NCBI GenBank assembly: GCA_029953675.1
Contig: JAMWBK010000006.1
Span: forward strand, 1,178,001-1,242,000
DNA from: Rhodosorus marinus CCMP1338
Lineage: Eukaryota; Plantae; Rhodophyta
Direction: 5' to 3'
DNA: 64,000 bases
Under the pieces are notes generated by a model. That model searched no databases and was not told where the DNA came from. It worked only from the letters and a program-made list of their open reading frames with translations. Positions 13,210-26,984 of this stretch are shown here, one piece after another (the first letter of the stretch is position 1; every line of letters starts with the position of its first letter). The translations under genes were made by a program, and so were the position numbers.

Positions 13210-14500
13210 ACTCCTGAAACCGCTTGTGTATTTGCGCTTAAGAAACCGTTGCCGAAGAGATTAGTCTCAATGGTGCCTTCGTCGGTGGCGAAAAAGCCTA
13301 AGCAAAGAGAAAGCTCCGTGATTGATCTTGCGCCGTCCGTTGAAGAGTAGAAAACCAGTGTCTTGAAGACTCGAAAGTTGTAAATGCACTTCACTTTTGT
13401 TTCAGAGAAGGGAGAAAAGTTGGCGGAGCGGCCTGCTAACACCAGGTCTTTCATAGACCTCTCCACTCGCGCGTGAACGTTCATGAAATCAACACTTGAG
13501 CAAGAAGAGGATGAACTGCCCTCCAAGAACGCAAGACGATAACCATTCCACAGCCCATGGGTTGAAGCTTCAGCTACGCGAGAGCTCTCTGGAACAGCTT
13601 GGGTTGTACAGCTGCGGTGACATGAGCGTACTAGCTTGGACCTCACGCAGGCCATACTATTCCGGGTTGTTCGATTGGTTAAAAAATTCTTTTATTAATG
13701 AGAAAGATTCCCGGCCGCTATTGTTTGTTGTGCTGCGAAAGCTCACCCTCGACCTGTACGGGCGTTTTCACCGAGGCCGACGATCAGCGAATGGCGTTAG
13801 CCGTGAACCTTTTACGGGAGCTCTCCCTAGTGGAGCCCATAAGGAGAAAATAAGGAATCAATCGAGACGCTATGAAGCTCGGCTACAACACGATCCTCCT
13901 CAGCCATCGGTCTGTGGTCGCTCTCGAGTTGGCCATGCTAGCTACCATCAAAACCTCCACCGAAAGTAAGGGTAGGGGGGAGCGCTGGTCAAGCTGGCCG
14001 AGAAGGGTGGACAAAATACTAAGTACGTTTACACAAGAAGAGCTGTCTTACACACGTAGAGAGATTGAGAACAGCCACAGGCTCCGGTCATACATCAGCT
14101 CACGGTACACCTGGATGATAACGCAACACAAGAGGCACCTCAAACTGATGACGAAAAGCAAGTTGGGGAGGTCCAAAGAAGCAAGAGCCTTCTAAAAATG
14201 ATGACAAGAATAAACCTATCGAAAAGTCGATTCCTGAGGATGCTTGCTACTAACCAACTAGCACCGGCCCTCTGACCAGCCCGACCATGCACCACTTGAC
14301 TGGCTCCACGAATTTGCAGAAATGGTGCTCGTTTGATGTGTATTAGCAGTCGCTGGACGTCGCAAGTAGTGAAGGCCTGGTACATCGCTGGCTTCACATC
14401 TTAAAGTCTCGAACACTGAGGATGATGGCGTCGCTCAGGTGTGAACAGACTGTGATGAGACTGAGCGAGTCCTACTCTCAACTTGGAGCTGAGAAGAATC
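13194..14500 (-). CDS. Possible multi-exon hypothetical gene convergent with the WBP11-like gene
   Basis: A 153-aa minus-strand ORF with a protein-like composition, and a gtgagc donor near 13740. No family recognised. Confidence 0.25.
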
Positions 14501-15653
14501 ATTTTCGACCGTCGTTCAATCAATTTATACCCATAATGGTTGAATGCAGTCAAAAATAAATCGTTGCCGAGACGCCGCAGCCATTGCTTGTGGACATCAA
14601 TGGAGGTTGAAAAACGGAGATTGTGGGAGCTCGGTTCCGTAGTTTTAGAATCTATTGCGTTATAAAAATGCAGGGGAGTATTGGAAAAAGTTTACATGAG
14701 AGCAAATACTATCTCTAAATTAGGAGTACGTCGCTTTTAAAGATCTATTTAAGTCGATGCTGTTCAATATCTAGATTTAGACGGCATAGTGGACTTGATT
14801 ATAAAACAAAATGAACCAGTGGATCTTGATTGCAGTTTTTTTGAGAATATTTAGGACAAAAATCTAAATTTGGATCAACCTAGGACTGACCGGGAGTCCG
14901 GGGCATTGGAAAGGACGTTCAATGGGGCAGCTCTATCGACATGAAGAACAAGCTGGAGGAAGCGTCTGCTATGAATGCCAGACGATCAAACCAGGCAGAA
15001 TAAGAGAGCTAGCGGCAAGGAGAGGAGAAACTCGCCGTGGACATGTAAATTCTTACCGCCCACCGCCCACCGCGGACTGCAGTCTATTATAGACAGCCTG
15101 TGAACAACCTCGTAAGAGTTCTCCTTCCGAAAAAAACAACTGCCGCACACAACAACTAAGCACGACGAGTTCCGTCTTCTATGAAAACGATGCCAACGCG
15201 ATGCCGTCCAGTCGAGCCGATCTCAGGTTCAAGAACCATTGCCTTGACAGATATACCAATCCCGCCCGCGCAGACCCTCGTCAAACCTACTACAGTTCCT
15301 CAATATATTTCGCCCCCCCGCCAAACGCGAATGTTCCATCCTGTTCATGTTTTCTGGAAAACTATCTCTGGCCCCCGAAAAAAGCTCGTGAGCTCGTAGA
15401 CAAGTTTTTCTTCTGTTTTTCACATTTGAACGGTTTTCGAAGTTGGGCGAGGTTTGAAGAGGACTGGATGGGAATGAACGGGGTTTAGTGTTGGGGATGG
15501 TGAGCTACGAGGGGGGGTGTGTCGGAGGAGGGAGGGGGCAGAGGATAAAAAAGTTTTGAAAGACTTAGCTTTGGAAGGTTTTTGAATTTCGGGAGGGAAA
15601 AGCTCTTTGTTTTGATCTGGGAGAGGGTCCTCTCTGGGTGGGGTGTGATAAAG

Positions 15654-18581
15654 ATGCAGGCGTTTTGTGGAACGTTTGGAGTGTTGTCTGGGAGGAGTGG
15701 ATATGTAGTTAGAAGTGGGTTTTGCGGGAGGAGAGTGGGTGGTATTGGAAGATTTAACAAGGTGTCAAGTCTGAGGAAGGGATTTTCTGTGGTGAAAGCT
15801 GTAGCTGCGGAGACCAAGGCTGCGACGAAGGAAGGTAGAGCATTTTCCCCCCCCTTGGCGAGTTCGATCCTTTTGATGAAGTTTGTTTTCAGAGGAGAAA
15901 GGGGATTGTTTAACGATTTGGAACGTCTGCGTATTCTTACTTTGCGTTTTGCTGTGTTTCTGTGTGTACTCTTTCCTGCTCCAGAAGAAAGTATCGAGCT
16001 CCCAACAAATGAGAGTAATGAGGAGCTGCTTCGGATGCGGCATACTACCGCCCACGTGATGGCAATGGCTGTCCAACGACTATTTCCCAATGCGCAGGTA
16101 CGCCTCTACTCCCCGACGTGGAGAAGAGTGGACGCGTCACCCTTCCTTCTTCGCAAGTGATCCCTGATCAACAACTTGATGAAAGAGCCCCCAAAACTGT
16201 ACTCGAAAATGATGCTATCCCTAACACATTTCGCCTCATCCCACAGGTCACGATTGGGCCATGGATCGACAATGGCTTCTACTACGATTTCGATACCGAG
16301 GAACCGTTCTCTGAGGACGACTTGAAGAACATTAAGAAGGAGATGGATAAAATAATTCGTGAAGACCTGCCTCTCATCAGGGAGGAAGTTACTAGGGAGG
16401 AGGCTGAGGAAAGAATAAAGGGCATCAATGAGCCGTACAAGCTCGAGATCCTAGAGGGTCTGAAGGAACCCATCACGCTCTATCATTTGGGCGACAAATG
16501 GTGGGATCTGTGTGCAGGCCCCCACGTTGAGTCCACTGGAAAGCTTGTGCCGAAGGCGATTGCATTGGAGACCGTTGCAGGTCAGCAATCACAGCCGAGT
16601 AGCACCTAAGACTCTTGACTTTGGACTCTGACCATCGGCTCTTCTGCTCGCAGGGGCGTACTGGCGTGGAGATGAGAAAAAGGCCATGTTGCAGAGAATT
16701 TATGGAACATGCTGGGAAACGCCCCAGCAACTTAAAGAGTACAAGAGGGTGAAGGAGGAGGCCAAGCGAAGAGATCACCGCGTTTTGGGCAAGAAGTTGA
16801 ATCTATTCAGTATTCAAGTAAGCTCTCTGCCCTCGCTTGATTTCTCATTGTTCGTATGCTGGGATCAAGGGGAGTGGAAACATTCGCTGACACCCATTCC
16901 GTTTTCATGACAGGAGGAGGCAGGTGGTGGACTGGTATTCTGGCATCCGAAAGGCTCAAGAATACGTCGGACAATTGAAGATTTTTGGAAGGATGAACAT
17001 GAACAGGATGGGTGAGCGGCGTGACTTGGTATGGTGTCAGAGGATTTGGGACTTGTTCGTTGAAGTCGCATATTTCCTTTTGTGCAATAGTTATGAGCTT
17101 CTCTATACGCCGCATATGGCTAACATCGACCTTTGGAAGACGTCCGGACATCTTGAATTTTATAACGAGTCAATGTTCGATCAGATGCAAGTCGAGAAGG
17201 AGACTTACCAGATCAGGCCAATGAATTGCCCATTCCACGTGCTCATTTACAAGGTTCGTTCGACTGAGTTGGAGGTCCTGATGATGTTGAGTGTTGGAAT
17301 TCAGCTGAAATTTCCCGTCCTTACCCATGATCGATAAAATAGGACGGGATGAAGTCATACAGAGACCTACCACTTCGCTGGGCCGAACTGGGAACTGTGT
17401 ATCGTTATGAGAGGTCTGGAACTTTGCATGGTCTGTTCAGAGTTCGAGGGTTCACGCAGGACGATGCGCACATCTTCTGCTTGCCCACTCAGCTTGAGGA
17501 TGAGATGACAAGAGTCCTCGAGTTGGTGGAACGAATTCTTGGTAAGGGACCCCAATCCGGTCGGTTTTCGAAGCGAAGTATGTTCTGACCCAAACGCCTT
17601 TATTTATGGGAACAGGGAGATTTGGATTCACAAAGTACGAGATAATGCTTTCAACTAGACCTGAGAAATCCGTCGGGAGCGATGATATCTGGGAGAAAGC
17701 GACACAGGCCCTCGTGAATTCTTTGAAGAACAAGGGTAGGAATGCGAACAGGCCCATACTTTCGAATGACTGGGCAAACGTGGATCGTACGATGCTAATA
17801 TCGATCACAACTCTCTGCGTAGGATGGGATTATTCCGTTGACGAGGGTGGGGGTGCATTTTACGGACCAAAGATCGATATTAAGATCCGGGATGCTATCG
17901 GGCGACTTTGGCAGTGCTCGACTGTTCAGTGTGATTTCAATCTTCCGGAGCGCTTTGACATGACCTACATTGACTCAGATGGAACAAAACAAAGGCCAAT
18001 TATGGTTCACCGCGCTCTGCTTGGATCTATCGAGCGGTTTATGGGAGTTTTGGTGAGCTTGATTGAAACGGTCAAGTTTGAAGGTATATCTTGATCACCA
18101 GCTGGAAGTTTGCTAACCTTGGAATCTTCTGTGAAATCCGCGATCCTTTGTAGGTTGAAAATTATGCTGGCGATTTCCCTCTCTGGCTTGCCCCGGAGCA
18201 GATACGGCTCTTACCTGTTACAGCGGAGGCCATGGACTATTGCATACAGGTTTGTTCCACACTGGCTTTTCTCGATCGCAACGCGAAACTGGACTAATTC
18301 TTTATCCACTACCAATGTTGCAGTCGAAGAAGCAGCTCACTGACAATGGGATCTACGCGCAAGTAGACAACTCAGGAGACAGGCTCGCAAAAATGATTCG
18401 AAACGGGGAGCAGCAGAGGGTCCCCCTCTTGGCCGTCGTTGGGGCGAAGGAGGTTGAAAGTGGTACCCTCAGCGTGAGGGGGAGGAAGATTGGCGACTTT
18501 GGAGCTTTGTCTGTACCTGAAGTTGTTGATGGCATAAAGAAAGCTGTTGCTGAAGCGGGAGTGTTTACCCCTCCCTCATAG
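15654..18581 (+). CDS. thrS: Threonyl-tRNA synthetase, organellar (plastid and possibly mitochondrial), multi-exon
   Basis: Transit-like N-terminus MQAFCG.., then [89 protein letters not shown] and [11 protein letters not shown]. Confidence 0.96.
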
Positions 18582-19687
18582 AGCCTTGCCTGGAGCTTCA
18601 ATGGACACTTAGGGTTTTTCACCGCAACCCGCTGCACGGAAAGCCATTGAATACAACGCCATTGTGAATCGTCTGGAAACTTCCCTCCTCAATCGAGCTG
18701 ATGTGGAAACTTGTTCGAGACCAGAGATTGCTATGTTTATTTTGAGATAAACGAGAATGTACTATTTGTGACTGAGCTGTGCGGCAACGGCCCTTGCTTT
18801 AGTATATCCTGGTCTGGGTATCAAAGCACCTTGTGATCCTACCAATCTCAAACAGGGAACCCGTGACTAAGCACCAAAACTGCGAACCGGTCTGCTGCGC
18901 GAAACCGGTCCAGGTTTCCGATCAGAGCAGTATTGTGAGACAACTCTTCAGAAACGAGGCAACAACTCTGCGGATCATGCTTGAAGAATCTTCTGATAAC
19001 AAAACGGCACAGTTCGATATTATGTCAGAAAAGCCACAGTGCAGTGACAATCAAATCTGGGTCTGCTTACAAGCCATGGGTTTGTGGCCGGTGTGAGATG
19101 GTGTCGAAAGTCTGCTGGCTGTTGAGTTCTTGACCAACCACAAAATTCCAAGACTCTATGGGATGCCGGCCCACGCACGGTTTCCGATTGCCCAACTCAG
19201 AGATGGGCTTTGGTACTCCCAACTCTGGACTGCGGTCCAGTCCTGTGAGAGGGGATCTGCCGCGGACGCGTTCTCTGAGGGGCCATCTTGACCGTCACGA
19301 ATTAATTTAGGAGGAGAGTATCAGGTATCTCTCAACTGTGGAAAGGATCCACGCCACGTGTGTGGGTAGCTCTTTCTGTGAGGAGATCCCCTTCTAGTTC
19401 CTCCAATGAAACAGCTTGATATGGGAGGAGGGTGCACGCACATGGAAGAAAGCGTTCATCCTCTGGTTCTCCGTGTTCTCCGGCGTTAAGAAGGGGCATG
19501 CGTTCTTAGAAGTACTAGGGAAAGGTCCAAACACCAAACGAACCGCGGGGGGAAGTAGCTTCTGCCAAAGTAGAAGACGCTCACAAAGCTCTGAATGTAA
19601 GATCTTTGTGGGCCTAGACAGCTACTCGGATGCCCAATTTTTCAATCCTTTACACTGAGGAAATTTAGACTAAGCAACAGGCTTGCT

Positions 19688-20320
19688 CTACTCCCGAACA
19701 AGAATGAAGACGTTGCCCTCACTGCCCCGAGTAATACGCAGATCGTCGTCAATGTACGTTACGTCGATGTAGCCGACTCCAAAGCTCAAGTTGAATGTAA
19801 ACGGACCCAATTTGACGTTCTCAAACTTTACCAGCGCCCTCTGAGGTGGTCTCGCGGTCAGCGACAGCTGAATGACGTATTCAAACTCGAAAAGCCCAGC
19901 AAACTTCGTTTTAACCTTGTTCACTCCGGTTAGGTCTTTCGTGTTCAGAATTTGGCGGTTTGAACCTCGTACGTACTGGAACACTCCTGGTAGATTCTTT
20001 CCCAAGATTACTTTTGACGTCGTATACTTGAGGTTCCAGCTTCCATCCAACAGCTCGGAGCTGATCGTCTGGGGGAACTGATTTAAAGCTTCAAGCTCAC
20101 GAATCTGGTCTTCGACGCGCTCTTGTGCATCCTTATCATCGATTATAGCCCGACCCTCGTCGAGAGAAGCGATCGCCTCCAAAAGTTGTTGCTTCACCGC
20201 CGCTGGTCTCGAACTAATGTTCAACGATCTTTTTCCGCGCTGAAGCCCGCGTCCTAGAGGAGCGCATGGTCGGCGCTGGTTCTTGACGAAGACATTTCCG
20301 GAACAAACAAACCCACTCAT
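19688..20320 (-). CDS. PAP/fibrillin-family plastid lipid-associated protein (intronless)
   Basis: Transit peptide, KQQLLEAIA, LLDGSWNLKYTT, and the C-terminal GYIDVTYIDDDLRITRGSEGNVFIL. Confidence 0.92.
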   Translation of the reverse strand: MSGFVCSGNVFVKNQRRPCAPLGRGLQRGKRSLNISSRPAAVKQQLLEAIASLDEGRAIIDDKDAQERVEDQIRELEALNQFPQTISSELLDGSWNLKYTTSKVILGKNLPGVFQYVRGSNRQILNTKDLTGVNKVKTKFAGLFEFEYVIQLSLTARPPQRALVKFENVKLGPFTFNLSFGVGYIDVTYIDDDLRITRGSEGNVFILVRE

Positions 20321-20965
20321 GGTTCCTGTCAAGTTCCAGAGACGAATCTTCTTCCCAGACCCCCAAATGTCCCTAGCTCCTCAGAAGAGAATGTGTCCTC
20401 TCCAGCCTGTATATGTGGTGTCAGAGCGGAGTTCGTTTGGGGGTTGGGAGGAGGAAATGTGTCCCCGGAATCTTATTCTGGGATTACACAACCTCTCCGG
20501 AACCTGAACTAGTGGTTAATTACCACTTCAACATGTACCTAGTGATGGGCCAAATGTCAAACCATCTTGCGGAGCCCCCATCAATGCACACGCTGTTTCG
20601 CTCTGTGTCCATTGTTTCATTTTGTGCTGTTGATTGTCAGGATCATATTGTACTGCACGGTGGGTTTGCTTTCGCGTTCAATCGAATCCTACTTAGTTCT
20701 TAGGTTTTGTCAAGTGCGCACTCTATTCTTTCAGAATTATCAACGATCCTTTAATATTTAATCTAGAACGTCTGTTTCAAGGACACTTTCTTGTCTTCCT
20801 GTAGTTTCTGACTAGCTCAAGAGTCCATTCCATTAAACATAAGTTGAATGGGAGGGGCTCCGCAATAAGCGCACCCTATGCCCTCGGGCGAGAAGCAGTG
20901 TACATACAATGGGCTTCTCACGGCAGCAAATTAAGGAAAAAAAAAATCGGCAATCACAAGCTGCT

Positions 20966-21346
20966 TTACGAAGTCGAACTGTATTTGGTAACTGCCTTGG
21001 TTCCTTCCGAAACGGCATGCTTTGCGAGTTCTCCCGGGAGAAGCAGTCTGACGGAAGTCTGCACCTCTCGCGATGTCAGAGTCTTAGTCTTTGAGTACGC
21101 CGAGAGCTTGCTCGCCTCGCCGGCGATCCGCTCAAAAATGTCATTCACAAATGAGTTCATGATGCTCATCGCCTTCGACGAAATACCAGTATCCGGATGA
21201 ACCTGCTTCAACACCTTGTAGATATACACAGAGTATGTTTCAACCCTCTTCTTCTTCTTCTTGTCCTTCTTGTCAACCCCAATCGGAGCCTTTCCAGCCG
21301 CCGCCTTCTTCTCAGCAGCAGGTACACTCTTTCCCTTTGGCGCCAT
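20966..21346 (-). CDS. H2B: Histone H2B
   Basis: [63 protein letters not shown]. Confidence 0.99.
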   Translation of the reverse strand: MAPKGKSVPAAEKKAAAGKAPIGVDKKDKKKKKRVETYSVYIYKVLKQVHPDTGISSKAMSIMNSFVNDIFERIAGEASKLSAYSKTKTLTSREVQTSVRLLLPGELAKHAVSEGTKAVTKYSSTS

Positions 21347-22263
21347 CTTACAAAATTTACTAAGAAAACAACAACTTCCTTCAACACTCCCTTCTCAAGC
21401 AAAAAGTCACTCCAACTCCAAACCTCCCCGACTCCAAGCTCCCCCTTTCCTAAAGACATTCATATAAGTACTCTCATCCAACAAAATCAACCCATGGCGA
21501 CAATACCGCATAAACAGAATATGATTCGACTATCTCAACGTGTCGCCATAAGATACAATAATAACGCAATTATATTGGCTAATTCTTATTTATTCTATTT
21601 TTCACTCTAATTATAATGACTGGATATTCAGTCATTTATTTGTTTGGATTGATAATATATTTTAGAAGAAAAGTTCGGCTTTGCTGACAGAGGGTAGATT
21701 TTGGCGCGAGTTTGTTTTTCGTCGGTGCGGGGGGGGGGTGAGCTTTAGTTGGATGGGGGAGTTGGTTTGTTGGTTGATGAATAATATTTATTTAAACAGT
21801 TGAGAGTAAAACCAAAGCGCTACCAAAGAAAGGAAAGGGGAATAGGAGCAAGGAAGCCGCAGGGCTCAAAATGAAATTTAACGAGCAAACGGGCAAACGC
21901 ACAGTCCAAGAAGAACCCTTGTTTCGTGGGACGTTCGTTGAAGTATGAGATGGACTCTACCAAGTTCAAGAAACAAAACTGTGGACTACACGCCCATGGC
22001 TCAGATATTCTTCATGCCAAGAAGAGAACACCGAGGTCACGCTCGTGCATACAACATGCTTCATTCAACACCATCCAGTGCCGAACTGGAATCCGTAGCC
22101 ACCCGCTCTCAACCGCGGACAAATCGCAACTCGCAAGCGCAATCAGTGCCTCCATGTTTCTGATCGTTTACGCACATTTCAAGGAGATGATCAACCTACT
22201 ACAACAGAAAAGAGGAGCCACATCCTACAGGTCTGAGATTGTGATGTCGTGTTCCGCTCTTCT

Positions 22264-24416
22264 CTAGCGCCGACTTCTGAGCCTATTGACTGTTACATCG
22301 TCGGGCAGTGTAACAATGATTCGCTCTTCGTCGTCAAAAGCGAAGTTGTCCGCAACAATGTTGTCTTTGTATCGCTTAATCTGTGGAGTGCGGATTCAAT
22401 GGATGCGAGAACGAGTGAGCAGATGGGTCAATCACAACGGGGGGCCAACGCAACCCCCAACTGTGGAGTCTGTAAGGTGCTACTGCTCGGACGCGCCCAA
22501 TTGAAGATATGCAGCACGGTTGACGTCCGCCTACCTGATATGTTTCGAGTTTGCCCTGTTTGACATGGCGGAAATTCCAGGTGACTATGAACGGCCCAGT
22601 ACTCGCAACAATGCTGCGCTCCAGGCTTCTGCCCACGTTGAAATGTGCTGGAGTGAAGCTTATTTCCTTCATCTTGTGTTTCATGATGTCGGTCGGTTTG
22701 ATCGCTAATTTCACCGGAATAGGTTTGTTCTTCCCCATAGACTTCAAGAATCCGCCCTTGACCTCACCCTAAGAACAGATGGGAAAGCGTCTTTTCAGCA
22801 GTCGAAACTAGACTCATCGGCCCTCAAAGTTGCAGGCGTACCTTTACACGCGTGTCGACCACTAGAATATAGGTCTTGGTTGTCGCGAGAATAAACGCTC
22901 CATCTTCTGTTGTGTCAATACCGATAATCGGATCCCCGAGGCCAGATAGATGGGTCTTGGCGATCTTTCCAACCTCGTTGTACAGACGAATATCTCCTGT
23001 TAACAGGACAGCACTAGCATGTTTAGATGAAGTTTTGCCTTCCGGAACTCTTTGGGGGTCCTTGGATTCTAATGTAGATCCTTACCGTTTTCCGAGCCGA
23101 TTGCTACATAACCGGCACCAGTTGCTGCCAAATTCGTGAAGTTTGTTTTCGTCCCCGACGCGTACTGCTTCTTTTGGACTACGAAGTCTCTGTCTCTTGG
23201 ATCAAATCGCATCATCTGGTTCTTATTAATGCCGAGGAACTCCTGACCAGGGTTTAGGTTAGCATATTTGGATGAGGCCGACATAGTATTCACGCTCGCG
23301 TTCGGTGCCTTGAACTCGTTGACAATATCTCCCCTCTCCAAATCCATTCGATAAATCTGTGTCGAACAACCCCCAAATGCCCTCGATTCAGCATTTTATT
23401 TTATCGGATCCCACTCACTGATACGCGTTCAGGGCTTCGTATGCGATCGAGTATCCAAGCATGTGTACCATTTGTCCTTACCTTCTCCTTATCGTCGGGG
23501 TTCAGGAACAGCATAGACCGATCTTGCTCATGTAAAAGTACTTGGGAAGGTGCAAATGCAGTGCTCTTCTGATCCTTAATTTTCACCAAGGTGTTAAACT
23601 TCATTCCTTCGTCATCGGCTCGGAAAACACCCATGTGCTTGCCGCGAATCACGAAGGTCCGGTCATTGTTGTACGCAACCGCTAAATGCCTGCATTAGAG
23701 GAAGAAATCTTTTAGGCGGGTGCCGGAAGCGACCAAACGATCGCGAAAAAGGAGAGACGTGTACCTATTATGCTCATCCGGGCTGTTGGCAACCTTTGCA
23801 CCGTCCCTAGGGTCATCTAGAAAGCTGTTCTGTCCCTCGTCCTGGTCATCTTCATCTGCCTCCTCCATGACTATGTCGTCGCGTTCGCTCTCCATTACAT
23901 ACTTCTGGTCCTCCTCTTTGAGATCGTCGAACGCAGTCGGGTTGCTGACCTCATAAAGGCAAACGGAGTACTGATTTCTAAACTTTACGAACGACTGAGG
24001 ATCTTCAAATTTGACGGACAGCGAGACTCTCTGGTCGTTCAGGAAAACAACCCAGACGATTGACAGCTCCGATGAGTAGAACCGGGCCAGTAGGCTATTG
24101 TCGATTTCCTGATGGGTGACTTTCTTGCCCTTTTCATCATATACACACATGGAGAAGGAAGCGTAGCCCTGGCGCTCCCCTTTTCTATCACGAACGATTG
24201 ATGCCTGTACATCTTCCTGATCGCGACCACATCCAAAAAAAAATAGACGAGACGAAAGTACAAAAAAAATTCAGAAACCTATTCCACAAAACCGCATTTC
24301 TCATTCCCAAGTACATTTACCTTTAGCAAAGTGAACGCGCCGTCCACGAAGTGATACAGCTTTCCCCGTGCGCGAATCAGTTCCACTCCGACGTCCTCCT
24401 TCGCCTCTGTCGTCAT
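22264..24416 (-). CDS. VID27: VID27/CYPRO4-family protein (PH + WD-like beta-propeller), multi-exon; start uncertain
   Basis: Exons give FEDPQSFVKFRNQYSVCLYE, MDLERGDIVNEF, FLGINKNQMMRFDPR, TNFTNLAATGAGYVAIGS, LPGLGDPIIGIDTTEDG, SIVASTGPFIVTWNF and IKRYKDNIVADNF. Confidence 0.85.
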
Positions 24417-25264
24417 GACTTCTCCAACAGATCCAACCGGAAAAAACTCGGTTCCGATCAAAAATCCGCCACAACAGAGGGACAGGAGACCTCTCCCTCG
24501 CTCACTTAATCTTTCTTAACTAAAAATCTCCCAATTCCACCAAGAACAAAGAACAACTCCTTCAAGACGAGAAGAACAACCCTTCCATATACCACCAACC
24601 TTTCTTCCTCCCCCCCGAAAACACCCCCCAAAAAGTCAAAACCTTCCTCAAAACGGCTCCAATTCATATGCTAACAGCAACAACTTCCTTCCCTGTCCAG
24701 CAACCACAAAATCACCCTTCCAAGAAACCAGACTAAAAACTAATCCAAAACAATTATTTACTACCACCGAAATTCAAGCTCAAATACCCTAGTACCTCAT
24801 GGAATTCAACTTTTCATAAAATTTTCCGGGCCCAAAAAAAATATACAGTCGACTACACGCCTCACCAAAAAAAATACCCCCAAAACCAGCGTTGTCCTTT
24901 TACCAGTGTTTTCTCACGTCTTGAAAGCAAAAGCGCTTTTCGCAGATTTGCGAAAAACGAACCTATCAAATTTCTAATCAAACAAAGAAAAATGCTTTGA
25001 TCATGCGGAGGAGCAAGATGAAAATTCAAAATTAAAAAGTAAAGCCTGTTTTGGCAACAAAAAAATAAAAAAGAATAGGAAGAAGAGAGAAGGCCAATGT
25101 TCTCTCTGGCATTTACGTCGCTTTGGGTTGGACCTCTTTCTGTTCAGGACCCAGGCAACTCTATAATGAATTCTGAAGTTTTAGGTTTTATGACAGGCTG
25201 TCGTGATCTAGTTTTTAGTAATAATCATGTTTGACGGGTGTGCCGGAGAGGGGGGATGAAGGCC

Positions 25265-25412
25265 ATCGCCTTCTTCCACTCAGCGGTGTGGTCTGTTAAT
25301 AGCTTCGCCTTCTTCCTCTCAGCGTTTTGGTCTGTTAGTAGCTTCGCCTTCTTCCTCTCAGCGCTGTGGTCCGTTAATAGCTTCGTCTTCTCCCTCTCAG
25401 CGTTGTGGTAGC
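25265..25412. repeat. 39-bp tandem repeat (~3.7 copies)
   Basis: Unit ~cttcgccttcttcctctcagcgttttggtctgttagtag. It reads ERKKAKLLTDxxA three times on the minus strand. Confidence 0.9.
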
Positions 25413-25700
25413 TTAACAAGCGACTCAACGTACAGAGAGCTGCTTTTTTCAAGCGAGACGACTAATTGATTGCAGTTTACGTCGACGACATGCTGATCAT
25501 CGGCAGTCAACAGAGCGCTCGTTTGAGGAGGCAAAGAGCACATTTTCCAGATTGTACAAACTGAAGTATAGTCGTCTCGCTTGAAAAATGCGTATCCCTG
25601 TTCGTAGTGCACTGGCACCACAACCTTTACTGGGCACCTGCGTACTGCAGCGCAACACGGGTTCTATCACTGTCTATGAGAAAAGGTTAGGGTAACCCCC
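25410..25700 (+). mobile_element. Degenerate Ty1/copia reverse-transcriptase fragment
   Basis: tac gtc gac gac at 25478 gives IAVYVDDMLIIGS, the copia RT catalytic motif. Nearby stops and frameshifts are present, with a downstream LG.CVLQRNTGSITV-like segment. Confidence 0.7.
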
Positions 25701-26984
25701 GCTACAGGGTCTTTTTCCTGCTCTTTTCAAAATATCTCCCTAGGTTGTTGTGCCACCTGGTCCCGCTTGTTTTAGGCAGTACAAGCTCCTGTTCAGTCGA
25801 CACACGTGATCGGCCTTGCCTGTTCCTCCATCCCTTTTGCTAGAGTACTTACGGCACTCAGTGCGGGCTGCGGGCTTCTTAGGGAACCAGCGAGGAAGGC
25901 GCCGCAGTTTGGTGAACTACAACGTCCTCATGTACTTCTGTCACAAAATTTGAACATAATTCACATTCCAGGAAATCATGCATTAAAAAAATACACTCGA
26001 GCTGATCAATCAAAAACTCTGGAAATGGAATCCTTTTTCTACCCCTAAACAGTCGACCGCATCACCTAAACTATGAATATAATTTCTTGAATATCGATAT
26101 TTGGGCGATCGGGCGGAAGGGGAGGTATTTTCATCATTGAAATTTCAAATGTTGATGGATTCAATCATTATTATCATCTCCGAGATCCTGAGGAAGAGTG
26201 GGACAGTGGGTCCGCGGGGATGCAGCAGTTTAGCTGCCACCATTTCGTCATCATCGACGATCGGCAAACACAGCTGCCGCCTTGTTCTATCCTTTTTTTC
26301 CTCTCCATGGCTAGTCATTCTCGTTCCTTTCGATTTCACAACCGACGCGGCCCTCCAGGTTCTCTGGAAACCCGCCCTCGGAAGCGCTTTCCCGGCGACC
26401 TCAATGAGGAAGTCAAGCGCTTCTCTTTACACGACCAGCGCTGCTAACGAACTTGTCCACGGAGCACTGAATTCGTTGAAGCCCTTCAAATTGAACTGAA
26501 CAGAATCAACTGGCTTGTCAGAGACCAACTACCAGTTCTCAGCACCGTGAAGCCCGAGGTGCTAATATGCTTCCTGATGGCGTGCAGAAAGCCATCCAAC
26601 GAAAACCTCAGCCGCTGAGGCAGACGATCGACGAAAACAAGAGACTTGAACTGGTCAGTGCTCTCATGCTCCAGAAAACCGAAAGTATATAATGATAATG
26701 AGAGAGGACCGCAACCAGACGCAATCAGCAAAACACAGGGATTGTCGTGATCACGAGGTGGAGTAGCTAGGGTGTTCCTCTTCGATCGATTTTGGTTTCG
26801 CTTTCTTGCTCTTAAAGAAGACAAAAGAGGTGCAAACTCTGAGGATCAGTCAAAGGGCATTGGAGTAGTTGCAGTGAGCAAGTACAAGCAGGGAGTTTTA
26901 GTTTTTGCTCTAGGGCAAAGAGGCAAAAAGCCGAATACGGTACGGTAGGCTTTGTCCGTTTTGGTGAATGAGGAGGAAGGAGAC

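Noticed and set aside
18833-19292. ORF with an in-frame TGA at 19094 followed by ~65 open codons (selenoprotein candidate)
   Set aside because: There is no redox motif around the TGA, no resemblance to known selenoprotein families, and no convincing SECIS downstream.
20860-20965. Histone 3' stem-loop after H2B
   Set aside because: The canonical metazoan/chlorophyte stem-loop was not found, so the mRNA is probably polyadenylated.
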